Of a DNA stretch of 41,097 bases, positions 1 through 12,900 are shown one piece after another. Origin of the DNA: an uncultured Opitutales bacterium (GTDB taxonomy: Bacteria; Verrucomicrobiota; Verrucomicrobiia; Opitutales; T3Sed10-336); assembly GCA_964544025.1 (NCBI GenBank), contig CAZJCL010000001.1:1-41097 (forward strand). Direction: 5' to 3'. Under the pieces are notes generated by a model, which was not told where the DNA came from, made no database searches, and saw nothing but the letters and a program-made list of their open reading frames with translations. How positions within the stretch are numbered: the first letter of the stretch is position 1; every line of letters begins with the position of its first letter. Made by a program: the position numbers and the translations under genes.

Positions 1-3000
1 TTCGAGCTGACGAACGGGACGTTCACGGCGGATATCGCCGGATTGGCGGGAATCGGCGCGGACGACGTTTTTGTTCAATACACGAACGCGGCGACGACGG
101 TGGCGGCGAATCGCGAGATTTCGGTGGGCGGCGTTTCCTATACGTTCACGGACGGGATCGAAGCGGATACGATGGCGTTCGCGGTGACCGGGTTCCGGGC
201 CAATGTGGCGAACTTCGTTTCGCTGGCCGGCGATCTCGGATTCCGGAAGCAAGGGACGGAGATCGTGGCGGTCGGCAACGACATCGACGCCCGCCTGGAA
301 GTGAATTCAGAGGTTTACGCTGCTTTCACACACGCGGATTTCGGTTTGATCGCGGGCAACGGGAAACTCGCTTTCGAGATGAAGAACGGCGAATTCGACG
401 CGAAGCTCGGCGATTTTGCCGGAATTTCCGCCGACAGCGTTTTTGTGCAATTCACGAATGCGACCACGACGGTTGCTGCGGATACGACGATTTCGGTCGG
501 AGAAATTTCTTACACTTTCGCGGATGCGATCGAGGCGAATGTCGTGGTCTTCTCGGTTCAGGGATTCGCGGCGGATTTGGCCGGATTCGTTTCGCTGGCC
601 GGGGATCTCGGTTTCCGCAAGGCCGGGGAAGAACTGGTGGTCGTGGGGAACGCGGTGACGGCGAGGATGGAAGCGGGACCGGTTCTCGTGGAATTGGCGA
701 ACGCGGATTTCGGGTTGATCGCCGGGCGCGCGGAGTTCGCCTTCGAGTTGAAGAACGGCACGTTCAACGCGGCGATCACCGGTCTGGCCGGAATCTCCGC
801 CGACAGCGTTTTTGTGCAATACACGAACGCGACCACGACGGTCGCGGCCGGCCGTCGGATTGCGGCGGGCGAAGTCGAATACACTTTCACGCAAGGGATC
901 GCGGCGAATGTTATCGCGTTCGCGGTGCGCGGATTCGCGGCCGATGTAGCCGGTTTTGTTTCGCTTAGCGGCGATCTCGGATTCCGCCAGGAAGGGACGG
1001 AGATTTTCGCAGTTGGCAATAACCTGACGGCGCGTCTTGAAGCCGGTCCGGTATTCGTGGAGTTGGCGGGTGCGGATTTCGGGTTGGTCGCCGGAGAAAC
1101 AGATTTCGCGTTCGAGCTGAAGAACGGTTCGTTCAACGCGGAAATCGGAAGCCTGGCTGGAGTTACCGCCCAAACCGTTTTTGTCCAATACGCGAACGCG
1201 ACGACGACGGTGAGCGCGGGACGGGAGATCGAGGTCGGCGGTATCGCTTACACTTTTGTGGACGGGGTGGAAGCGGGGATTGTTGCCTTTTCGGTGACCG
1301 GTTTCGCGGCGGATGTGCTGGGCTTTGTTTCGCTGAGCGGCGATCTCGGATTCCGGTTGCAGGGCGAGGAGATTTTGGCGGCGGGCAATAACGTGTCGGC
1401 CAGGTTGGGAGTCGGCGAACTGGTTTACGTGGAATTGGCGAACGCGGATTTCGGATTGCTCGCGGGCGGCGGCAGTTTCGCATTCGAGCTGAAAAACGGC
1501 AGTTTCTCGGCGAAGGTCGGACCGCTCGGAAGCATCACCGCGGCCGACGTTTTCGTGCAGTTCACGAATGCCGCCACCGAAGTTGAAGCCGGTCGCGTGA
1601 TCGATGCCGGGGGTGTGACTTACACCTTCGAGGACGGCATCGAAGCGAACGTGGTGGCCTTTGCGGTCTACGGTTTCAGGGCGGAAGCTCTCGGCTTTGT
1701 TTCCCTCTCCGGCGATCTCGGATTCCGGATGCAGGACGGCGAAATGATCGTCGTCGGCAACAGCGTGACGGCGCGTCTCGGCGCAGGGTCGGTGTATGTG
1801 GAGTTGGCGGACGCGGATTTCGGATTGATCGCGGGATCCTCCTTCGCGTTCGAACTGACGAACGGCAATTTCAATCACTCGCTGTCGGCGTTCAATTTTG
1901 TCACCACGGAGTCGATCATCGTGCAATACACCGACGCGAGCACACGCGTCGAGGCGGGTCGCGAAGTGGCGGTCGGCGGAATTTCCTACACGTTCGAGTC
2001 CGGAATCGAAGCGGACACCATCGCTTTCGGTGTGAAGGGCTTCGCGGCGGATGTGTTCGGCTTCGTTTCGATGGGCGGCGACATCGGTTTCCGCAAGGTG
2101 GGCACAACGATCGAGGCGGTCGGAAACGACGTTTACGCGCGGCTCGGAGCCGGACCGGTTTACGTGGAATTGACGAACGCCAGCTTCGGTTTGGTCAGCG
2201 GGGACAACGATTTCGCGTTTGAAATGAAGGAAGGCAGTTTCGGCGCGGCTTTGGGGCCGCTGGCGAGCGTTTCCGCGGAGGAGGTTTTTGTTCGTTACGC
2301 TTCGGCGGGAACGTCGATTGCGGCGGGCCGCTCGGTCGGGATCGGCGATATCGCTTACACGTTCGAGGAGGCATTCGACGGGGAATTGATGGCGTTCGCG
2401 GTGAAAGGGTTCGCGGCGGATGTGCTCGGATTTGTTTCGCTGAGCGGCGATATCGGTTTCCAGAAAGACGCGAACGGTATCACGGCGGCGGGCAACAATG
2501 TGTCGGCGCGGATGGGGGCCGGACCGGTTTACGTGGAACTGCTCGGTGCCGATTTCGGATTGATTTCGGGAGAGGGTGAATTCGGCTTTGAAATGAAGAA
2601 CGGCAGTTTCGCGGCGGCGTTGGGGCCGCTGGCGAACGTCACCGCCGACAGCGTTTTCATTCAATATACGAACGCGACCACGACGATTGCGGCGGACCGG
2701 CGGATCGACATCGGCGGCGTGGTTTACACCTTCTCCGAAACGATTGCGGCGAATACGATGGCCTTCGCGGTCGAAGGGCTCGCGGCGGATGTGCTCGGTT
2801 TCGTTTCGCTCGGCGGCGATCTCGGATTCCGGAAGCAAGGGAACGATATTCAGGCGGTGGGGAACGATGTGCGGGCGCGGTTGGGCGTGGGCGAGATTGT
2901 TTACGTCGAGTTGACGAACGCGGATTTCGGTTTGATTTCCGGCGCGGGCGGTTTCGGATTTGAGTTGAAGAACGGCACTTTCGACGCGCGGATCGCCGGG

Positions 3001-3900
3001 TTCGCCGGAGTGTCCGCGGATTCGGTGTTCGTGCAATACACGGACGCGGAAACGAGTATCGCGGCCGGGCGGCAAATCGGCGTTGGCGGGATCAGTTACA
3101 CCTTTACCGATGCGATCGCGGCGAACACGGTCGCCTTCGCGGTGACCGGTTTTGCGGCGAACGTGATGGATTTCGTTTCGCTGAGCGGCGATCTCGGGTT
3201 CCGCATGCAAGGGGATTCGATGATCGCGACGGGTCGCGGCGTTTCGGCTCGTTTGGCGGCGGGATCGGTGGCTTACATCGAATTGAGCAACGCCGATTTC
3301 GGATTTATTTCGGGTAACGGAAAATTGGCGTTTGAATTGAAGAACGGCAGCTTCGGCGCGGCGATCGCCGGTTTGGCCGGTGTTTCGGCGGAGGAGGTTT
3401 TCGTTCAATACACGAACGCGACGACTACGGTCGCCGCGGGCGAGACGATTCGGGTAGGCCCGGTTTCCTATACTTTCGAAGCGGGAATCGCGGCGGATAC
3501 GGTGGCTTTCGCGGTGCGCGGACTTTCGACGCAGGTTCTCGGTTTTGTCCATCTTGGCGGCGACATCGGCTTCCGGATGTCCGGAAGCGAGATCGTGGCG
3601 GCCGGTCAGGTGAACGCGGCTCTCGAAGCGGGGTCGGTGGCGCATGTTCGCTTGAACAACGCGGAGTTCGGTTTCCGGGTTTTCGCGGATGGCACGTTCG
3701 CTTTCGAGGTGACGAACGGGGATTTCGAGGCATCGCTCGCCGGAGTGGCCGGGGTGACGGCGACGGGTGTTTATGTCCGTTACAGCAATTCGACCCACGC
3801 GATAGCGGCGAATACGACGGTTTCCATCGGGCCGGTGAGTTATACGTTCGCGAACGGAATCGCGCCGGGCGATTTGGCTTTCGCCGGCACGGTGTCGATG
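1..3900 (+). repeat. Tandem array of 11 in-frame units of 122-124 aa (366-372 nt), unnamed family
   Basis: The FE[LM]KNG motif starts at nt 1, 373, 742, 1111, 1483, 1849, 2218, 2587, 2959, 3331 and 3703. Unit consensus is roughly FELKNGSFxAxxxxLAGVSADSVFVQYTNATTTVAAGRxIxVGGISYTFxxGIEANxxAFAVxGFAADVLGFVSLSGDLGFRxQGxEIxAVGNxVxARLxAGPVYVELxNADFGLIxG. Stretches such as gccgacagcgtttttgtgcaatacacgaacgcgaccacgacgg recur almost unchanged at about nt 430, 800 and 2645. The last unit degenerates near 3890. Confidence 0.9.
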
Positions 3901-6900
3901 AACATCGGCGATTTCCTCTACGTTGACGCGCTCTTCTTCTTCGAGCAGCGGGAAATGTCGGTGACGTTGACCAATGGCAACACGATCACGGTCGACGCCG
4001 TGGTATTCGGCGCGTCGAACATCAATGCTTTCGCCGGTATCAACGGTCGCAGCGCGAGCCGGGTTGGCTTCGCGGTTACCGGCGTCGATTTCGCGCTGAT
4101 GACGATGACCGCGCGGGACGGCACCGGACGGACCTGGACGGCGGTGAAGGCGGAAGTGGAGGAAGTGGCTTTTGTCGGGATTCCGGATTTCTACGTCGGC
4201 GGCAGCGCGAAGATCGAAATGAACATGGCGGCGGCGGACGGCACGCTGGTCGATTTCACCGCGCAAAACGTGAATGTGGCGATCGAGGGAGTTCCGGGCG
4301 GGTTGACCTTCGCGCTTCCGCGTTCGACGGCGACGCTCGTTATCCTGGAAGGCAATTTTAGCCTGAATCTCTTCAATTTCGTCGAGTTCGAAGCGAGCAT
4401 CCGATTGGAGCAAACCTTCCCGACGATGTCGGTGCGCGACGCCGCCGGAAACGTTTCGACGGTGCCGGTCGCGGCGCTTTCGTTCAGCGTCACGGGCATC
4501 GATTATTTCGCCGGAGTCAACGGCATCGGGTTCGAGATCGAGAACGCCAGCTTTGGAATCCTCATCGCGGTCGATCTGACGGATCCGCGCAACGTCTACG
4601 TGGCGGCGGCGGCCTCGGCGGATACGGTCGGTTTCGTCGGCGTGGATATCCTGACGGTGGAAGCGAACAACCTCGATTTGTTCATCAACATCGCGGACCG
4701 GAGCGGCCGGGCGCTCGATTTCTCGCAGAACCCCTACACGTTGCGCGAAGGTTTTGGACTTTCGGGGCCGGGAGTTTCCGGCGGAGCGGGTGGTCCGGGC
4801 GACGGGGTGACGTTGACGATGAGCGGCGCCGGAATCGGTTTGAGCGGCGATCTCACTCTCAATCTCCTCAACGCGATCGTCCTCGAAGGTTCGTTCTCCT
4901 TCCGTTACGGCGACGAGTTGGTGACGCTGTCGGATGGCACGACGGCCTCGGTCGACGCGTTGAGCTTTGTCGGCGAAGAGGTGAGCGCGTTCGCCGGATT
5001 CGGCAAAGGCACGAGCGCGGAATTCGGTTTGAAGGTGGAGGGCTTGACGCTCGGACTCGGGATTTTCACGGACAAGGTGAACACTAGCCGTCAATGGGTT
5101 TCGATCCAGGGAACGGCGGATTTCATCGGGCTGGTGGGCTTGCCGGGTGTCGAGATCAACGCGACCGATCTCGATTTCGCGATGAACACGGCTTCGAATG
5201 ATCTCGTGGTCGATTTCAAGGCGATGAAGGAGGCGGGGACCGGCTTGACCTTTGGCGATCTCGACTTCGAGTTCGATCTGGACGGTTCGCTCGGGGCGAT
5301 GATCAAGTTCTCCAGCGATTTCCACATCGATTTCTTCGGCTTGCTGCAACTGGACGAATCCATTGATCTCGAACTGAAGCTGCACACGGTGAAGGTTTGG
5401 GATCCGACGACAAACCAGTTGGTGGACGAGGACGTGGTTTATTTCTCGATCGCCTACACCGGGATGGACATTTTCGCCGGGGCGAATCGCGGTACGGATA
5501 GCGAAGTCGGCCTGCGGATCGACGATCTGAGTTTTGCCGCCGCGCTGTTGTTCAGTCCTTCGAGCGGGTCGGTTTGGGTAACGGTTCAGGGAAGTAGCGA
5601 TTTCGCGGGACTCGTCGGAATTCCCGGATTCTCGCTCCAGGTGGACAACGTGAAGGTGGCGATCAACCTGCCGGATGCCGACGGACGGATGATCCATTAC
5701 GATGAAGCGACGGGCGGCAAGGCGTTGACTCTTCCGACCGGTATCGGCAGCAGTCTGCTTACCGGCGGAATCGGCGGAACGGGCGACACCTTCACCATTG
5801 ATCTGGATGGAAAGAGCGGTTCGGCGGCGGTGATCGAATTGAACGGGGCGTTGCTGGCAATCGATGGATTCCTCCACATCAGCGGCAATCTCGCGTTCAC
5901 GATGGGGATGGACGTGCATCTCGAGGTGAGCGGTTTGCCGCCGGTTATCAGCGGCTCCAAGACTTTCAATACGATCACGCTCGGCGGGTCGGATATTAAC
6001 GTCTTCGTCGGGTTCAACGGGCCGTATTTCGGGGTGGGGGATCCGGGCGACGCGACCGGTCTCTACGTGCGGAACGCCAGCTTCGGCATCGCGCTTTTCT
6101 CGCAGGACAAGAGCTCGGGCAGCGAGGGAATCAAGGCGCAGGCGGTGCGCGTGGATGTGGAGGAAGCGGCGTTGGTCGGTTTCGGCGATGTGCTCACGGC
6201 GCGTTTGGAGGGAGTGACGATCGCTTTCAACGGAGGTTCGGAGAAGAGCGGTTTGTCGAAGCCGTATATCGACTTTGTGCAGAATTTCGGTCCAGGCGGT
6301 TACGAGGTGAACGCGGGCAACGGAAACGTGAAGGTCCTCGATTTCGATTCGCCGTTCATCGGGGCGCGGGTGGAATACGCGGAGTTGCAGGTTTCGGAGT
6401 TCCTGATTTTGCAGGGCTCGATCGCCTTCACCAAGGGCCAGCGGATGGAGATGGTTTCGGTCAATCCCGGCTTGTTGGCGGATTTCGGAGTGCCGGAGTT
6501 GCGGCACGATATCGAGATCATGACGATCGGCGGCGCGAATCTGAACGGGTTCGCGGGAATCGGCGGCGCGATGGCGGCGGATGGGACGATCGATCTGACG
6601 AACGCGATCGGACTCAGTATCCAGGATGTCAATTTCGGCATCGCGATCATGACGGCCAGCGGCATGGCCGGAGTTCAGGTGCCGGGAATGGCCCAGGCGC
6701 TTCCGAAATACATCGCGGCGAAGGCGAGCATCGGGTTCGCGGGCCTTGTCGGTCTGGAAGGAATTCTCGAAGCGGAGGTTCACGATGTGGAAGTGAACAT
6801 CAACACCGGGATGATCCCGGGTCTGCCGCCGCCGCTCATGCTTCTGCCGATGCCGCACATCGATCTGATTTCAGTCTTCGGTCCGGACGGTCTCGTGGTG

Positions 6901-9900
6901 GATACGGGCGACGACGCCAATCCGGTTCACCTTGATTTCTCGGGGGAAATCATCCAGGCGAAGATCGGTTACCTCGAAGGCAATCTCGCGGGTATCGTCC
7001 AATTAAGTGGATCGATGGCGTTCACGAAACGCGGGGCGGAGGAGATCACGTTGAGCGACGGTACGACGAGAACCGTGACGTCTCTCGCGATCGGCATCAC
7101 CAACGTTTACGGGTTCATCGGAATCGGCGGTTATTGGCAGGACAGCGACGGCGACGGACGGATCACGCCGGCGGATTCGCCAAATACGAGCGCGTTCGGC
7201 GTGGCCATCGAGAATCTGAATGTGGGCGTGGCGGTGATGCTGGATCTGGATCCGGCCGATCCGGCGGTTTATTTCGCGGCGCAGGCGGATTTGACGATGG
7301 CGGGACTCGTCGGGATCGACGGAGTGACGTTGGAAGCGACGAGTTTCTCGCTCAGCCTGAATCAGGCGGTGAGCGGTTCGTTTGCGGTGGTCGATTTTAC
7401 GGCTTACGAAGCGGGTTATTACGCGATCGAGACGGGCGACCCGCTGAATCCGATCAAGATCGATTTCGACGCCCGGTTGCTGCGGATCGCGGGCGCGGTC
7501 GAGATCGATCTTTTCGGCATCCTGGTTGCGGATGGCGTGATCGAGCTGAAGCTGACGGACGAGGAATTCTCACTCTTCATCGACGCGTCGGCGCGGATCG
7601 GCACGGGCGGTTTCTATTTCAATACCAACGTCCAGGGATTGCTGGTCGTGAACTCGGGTGGAGTCGCGCTGTCATTCACGGTTTCCGATACGTCGATCGC
7701 ATTGGGTTCCGCTCTTGTGCTGACGGTCGAGTGGCTGGACTTGGTCATGAATACCACAGGGGAAACGGTGGTTTACGATGTGCCGGAGGAATTCCAGGCC
7801 CGGGTCGGAGAAGCGACCGTGACCATTTTGAACACTCCGCCGGGGAAAACGGAGCCGGTGCAGTTCTATCTTTCCCTCCACGGCGAAGGCAGCCTGAGCA
7901 TTTTCGACGGGATGCTGTCGTTGAACGGAACACTTGGCATCCTGATCGCGGACGACGAGATGGTGTTGACCGTGGGCGCGATAATCGAATTGCCGGGATT
8001 GAATTCTCTCGGTGCGGCGGGCACGCTCGGTTTCACGGCGGACGGGCTGTATGGCAGCCTCCAAGTGGGCGCGCCGGGAGCGCTGATTATCGGAAGTTCG
8101 TCGAGCGCGTTCTCGGTCGGGGGCACGATTATCATCCAGATCAACACGACCGGAAGCGCGCAACAGGTCACAACACTGACTGTTGATAATCAGACGGGGC
8201 AGGTGAACGGTTTCGAGAATACCAGCATCGCCGCGCACAGCCTTTACATTCTCGTGGCCGGGACGGTCCAGGTCGCCGGTTTTGTGAATATCAACGGGCG
8301 GATTGAGATCCTGATCGATCCGGACGGATTCCGCCTCGAAATGGACGCATCGACCGAAATCGGTGGTTTCGGGCGGATCGCGGTCATCGGCGGCGCGATT
8401 ATCACCAGCAGCGGGGACTTGGTGATTCTGCTCGATTTGTCGGCCCGGGTTTCGCTCGGACCGGTGACGATCGATGGCCAATTTACGTTGTCGATCAACA
8501 CCGGGTCGCAGGCTCGCACGATCGGGACGCGGACCATTGCCGGAAACAGTTTCTTCATCAAAGTGCGGGCGGAGGTATCGATCCTGCTATTCAAGGGCGT
8601 CGGCGACCTGACCATCCGCAGCGAGGGAGGCATCTTCGAAGTCCGGATCGATCAACTCTCGATCAATTTCTTCAACATCCTCCAGATCCGGATCAACGGG
8701 TTCTTCCGGTCGGACGGACAGTTCCTGGTGCGGGGAACCGTCTCCTTCGATATTCCGCTCGGGCCGTTCGTTCTTTACGGAGGGGTGAGCGTGGAATTCA
8801 GCAACAACGGATTCGCCGGCGAGATCTGGGGCGGTGTTCGCTTCTCGATCAACCTGGGGCTATTCAAAATCCGTTTCAACCTCGCCTCCATCGAAGCGGT
8901 CGTGAGGATTACCCAAGTGTCGGCCAACGCCAGCCTGACGATCCGCGTGGCGGGCATCTCGATGCGCGGATCCCTCTCGTGGTCGTGGGGACCGCCGCCG
9001 GTTCTCGCTTCCCAATCCGGGGGCACCCTGACGTTGAATACGGGACCGCGCGCGCACCATCGCGGCAACCTTTACAAGGACATCGTCGAGGAATCCTACT
9101 CGATCACGCAGCAAGGCAACAAAACGATCGTCAGCGGCCTGGGTTACCGTCAGGAGTTCACCGGCGTCACGCACATCGTGGCCGACATGGGCGACGGAGA
9201 CGATTTCCTCTATATCGACGAGAACGTGACCTCCTCCGCCGATATCCGGGGCGGCAACGGAAACGACGTCCTGATCTACTCCGGCCAATCCTCCGCGACC
9301 ATCAGCGACGGTTCCGGCAACAACACGATTTACGGCGGCTCGGGCACCACGACGATCACCGGCGGCTCGGGGAACGACACGATCTATGCCGGATCCGGAA
9401 ACACCACCATTTACGGTACGGCTGGCGCGAACCTTATCTACGGCGGGTCCGGGACGAACACGATCTTCGGCGGCACGGGTAACGACCGAATCTACGGCGG
9501 CGAGGGAGTGAACGTCATCGACCTCCGCCTCGGCGGCGACAACTACGTCGAAGGCGGTCCGTCGAACGACATCATCCGCGGCGGTTTCGGCAACGACACG
9601 ATTTACGGGATGGGCGGCGACGACCAGATCTTCGGCGGCGGCGGCAACAACAAGATTTACGGCGGCACGGGCAACGACACCATTTTCGCCAACTGGGGCA
9701 CGGGAACCGGGGCCGGCGCGGCCTATGCGGCTCTGCCGTCCGACCGCGGCACGGCGGGGAACAACTGGATCGATGGCGAAGCCGGCAACGACTTCATCTT
9801 CGGCGGCACCGGAAACGACACCATCTACGGCGGCGACGGCAACGACACCATCCAAGGCGTCACGGGCAACAACTGGCTCGTCGGCGGGCTCGGCGACGAC

Positions 9901-12900
9901 ACCATAACCGGCGGCACCGGAAACGACGTCATTTACGGCGACAACGGCAGCGTGACCAGCCCGTCGACGATCACGGGAGCCGGCGGCAACGACACCATTT
10001 TCGCCAATTCCGGAAATAACATCGTCTTCGGCGGCCTCGGCAACGACTCCATCACCGGCGGCACCGGAAACGATATCCTAATCGGCGATTACGGCAGCGT
10101 CATTGACGGTATCGTCCTCGTCGATTCCTCGACCGGCGGCAACGACACGATCGTCGCGGGCGGAGGGCACAACTTGTTGATCGGCGGCGCGGGCGACGAC
10201 ACTCTGGACAGCGGCGCGGGCAACGACGTTCTCATCGGCGATGTCGCTCGGGTGACGATGAACGGCTGGTTCGTCGCGAAGGTCCAAACTTACTCCAACG
10301 TGGCGGGCAACGACACAATCCGCGGCGGCGGCGGCAACGACTTTATCGTGGGCGGCAGCGGCAACGACACGATCCATGGCGGTGCGGGCAACGACTACAT
10401 TTTCGGGGACAACGCCACGCTCGAACTCGTGCAGGCTACCGGCGTCCTCACATCCTTCGCCGCGACGGATCGTCACATCGGCGGCGACGACGTCATCTGG
10501 GCGGACGGCGGCGACGATCTGGTGGTTGGCGGCCGAGGAAACGACACCATCCACGGCGTCTCCGGCAACAACGTCATCTTCGGCGACCACGGCAACGCGG
10601 TTCTGAGCAGCGGCAGGGTGTTGCGCGCCTCGACCGTCGACACCGTCAATGGCGGCAACGACAAGATCTTCGGCGGCACCGGCAACGATATCGTCTTCGG
10701 CGGTTCGGGCGACGACACGATCGAAGGCAGCGGCGGCAGCAACATCCTCTTCGGCGACCACGGCGTCGTCGCGCTTGATGACGGAAGCGCGGATCAATGG
10801 AGCGCCTGGACAACGGATTCGGGAACCGGCGGACGCGACACGATTCAGGGCGGCACCGGTTCCAACGTCATTTTCGGCGGATTCGGAAACGACAACCTCA
10901 ACGGCGGTCCGAGCGACGACTACATTCTGGGTGATTCCGGCATCGTCCGCATGAGCGATTGGTTGACGGTGGAAAGTCTCGCCTCCACCGATCCGTCGCT
11001 TGGGGGTGCCGACACGATTTCGACCGGAAACGGAAACAACTCGGTCATTGCCGGCGTCGGCAACGATTCGATCACCGGCGGTTCCGGCAACGACACCATC
11101 GTCGGCGACAACGGTTACATCGGCATTCGCGGATCCGGCGGCACCAGCGTGTATTCGACCGACATGGCGAATGGCGGAGCCGATAACGTCGTCGTCGGCC
11201 AGGGCAACAACATCGTTATCGCCGGTTCCGGCGGCGACACCGTCACTGGCGGCATCGGTTTCGACCTGATTCTGCTCGATAACGGAACTGTCGAACGCGA
11301 CGCAAGCTGGAACGCGATTCGCGCCGTCAGCCTCCTCAACGACTCCCACGCTGGCGACGACACCGCCCGCGGCGGTTCCGGCAATTCGATCATCGTCGGC
11401 GGTCTCGGCGCCGATACGATTCACGGCGAAGGAGGGGAGAACGTCCTTTTCGGCGACAGCGCCGATCTGCAACCGGGCAACTTCACCGCGATCGATCCGA
11501 CCCGCGGCGCCAACGACACCATCACGGCCGGCGACGGCAACAACATCCTCGTCGGCGGTCTCGGCAACGACACACTCACCAGCGGAAACGGCCGCAATCT
11601 CCTCGCGGGAGACCATGCGACGGTCGCGACCAGCGGCGCGACGCTCGCGGCTTACGTGCTCGTGATTTCCGCCGTTTCGACTCATCCGAGTAACTCCGGC
11701 AACGACACGCTAACCGCCGACAACGGATCCAACATCATCATCGGTGGCGGCGGCAGCGACACGATCCGCGCGGGCGACGGCAACAACACGATCTTCGGCG
11801 ATAACGCGACCGTTCTTCAGGACGCGGCGAGCGTGACCCAAGCGACCTCAACCTTCTTCGACATCGGCGGAGCCAACGACATCCGCGCCGGCGGCGGCGA
11901 CAACGTCGTCTCGGGCGGTCTCGCCAACGACACGATCCAGGTTGGCGGCGGCAAGAACGTCGTCTTCGGCGACCACGGTTACTTTGTCCGAGGCGGCGCT
12001 CTTGCGACCATGGCTCCGGCCTTCGGCGGCACCGATACGATAATCGCCGGCAATGGAGGCAACATCGTCTTCGGTGGCAGCGGCGGCGACAACATCACCA
12101 CCGGCGGCGGCGCGGATATTATTTTCGGTGATCAGGGCCGTGTGTCGCGTGTCGCGGGTGTGATCACTGGAATGGTTTCCGGCGAGATTTTCGATGGCGC
12201 GGCATTCGTCCGTTCCACCACCCACGGCGGTAATGACACGGTCGAGGCGGGCAACGGCGACAACATCGTTATCGGAGGCGAGGGCGACGACCGCATTTCC
12301 GCCGGCAGCGGGAACGATATACTTCTCGGTGACCATGCGGTGATTGGGCGCGGTTTCGCTTGGGACGGGGCGTCTGTCTTCCACGATATCCTCACGATCT
12401 ACGACGACCACCACGGTAACGACACGATTCAAACCGGCAACGGTTCGAACATCGCAATTGGCGGCGGAGGCAACGACACGATCCAGGGCGGTTCCGGCAA
12501 CGACTTCATCCTCGGCGACCACGGCCGCGTTACTCGCGACGCTAACCTGACGATGCTCCGGATCGAAACGAAGGCCAGCGACACCTACGCGGGGAACGAC
12601 ACGATCCACGCCGGCAGCAGCGGTGCCAACCACGTCTTCGGCGGGGGCGGCTCCGACTTTATTCAGGGCGGTGCCGACAACGACGTTCTTTTCGGCAACA
12701 ACGGCATCGCGGCATTCGCCGACGGCACGGCCAATGCCTTCGGACTCTGGTCGATCGATCCCGGCAGCGGCGGACCGAACACGATCCACGGCGGCGACGG
12801 AAACGACATCATCGTCGGCGGCTCGATCCGCCACTACGGCACGCCGAACACGCAAAACCTCGGCAACACGCTCAACGGCGATCGCGGCGACGACATCATC

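Noticed and set aside
43-45. TTG at nt 43, used by the ORF track as the start of the giant ORF.
   Set aside because: The frame is open from nt 1. Codons 1-14 (FELTNGTFTADIAG) are the normal beginning of the 123-aa repeat unit. The TTG is an internal Leu codon and the real start is off-window.
307-6858. 2,183-aa ORF on the minus strand, plus many other long minus-strand ORFs (e.g. 8860-9855, 10078-11685, 11848-13329, 14554-16677, 18442-19833, 20434-21801, 23794-25317, 27400-28710, 28921-30324, 32884-34038, 36736-38106, 38914-40641).
   Set aside because: Every one ends at a coordinate divisible by 3, so all lie in the antisense frame that is codon-aligned with the giant gene. That frame is closed only by the sense codons TTA, CTA or TCA, which this GC-rich gene almost never uses. 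For example, the TCA Ser codon at 6871-6873 bounds the 2,183-aa ORF. The translations are R/E/D/H/V-rich low complexity with no domain signatures, so these are shadow ORFs.
7134-8186. Off-frame + strand ORFs inside the giant gene (7134-8186, 14505-15038, 15362-16078, 16884-17759, 18864-19649, 25938-26945, 36282-36851 and others).
   Set aside because: They are in frames 2 or 3 of the same strand. Their translations are Arg/Gly/Pro-rich, as expected from reading GC-rich coding DNA out of frame. They have no motifs and are fully nested in a frame with strong domain evidence.
9247-9690. A strict 27-nt periodicity here and a 369-nt periodicity at 1-3900, which could superficially suggest a CRISPR array or satellite DNA.
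   Set aside because: Both periodicities are in frame and encode conserved peptide repeats (nonapeptides and 123-aa units). There is no repeat-spacer architecture and no non-coding character.
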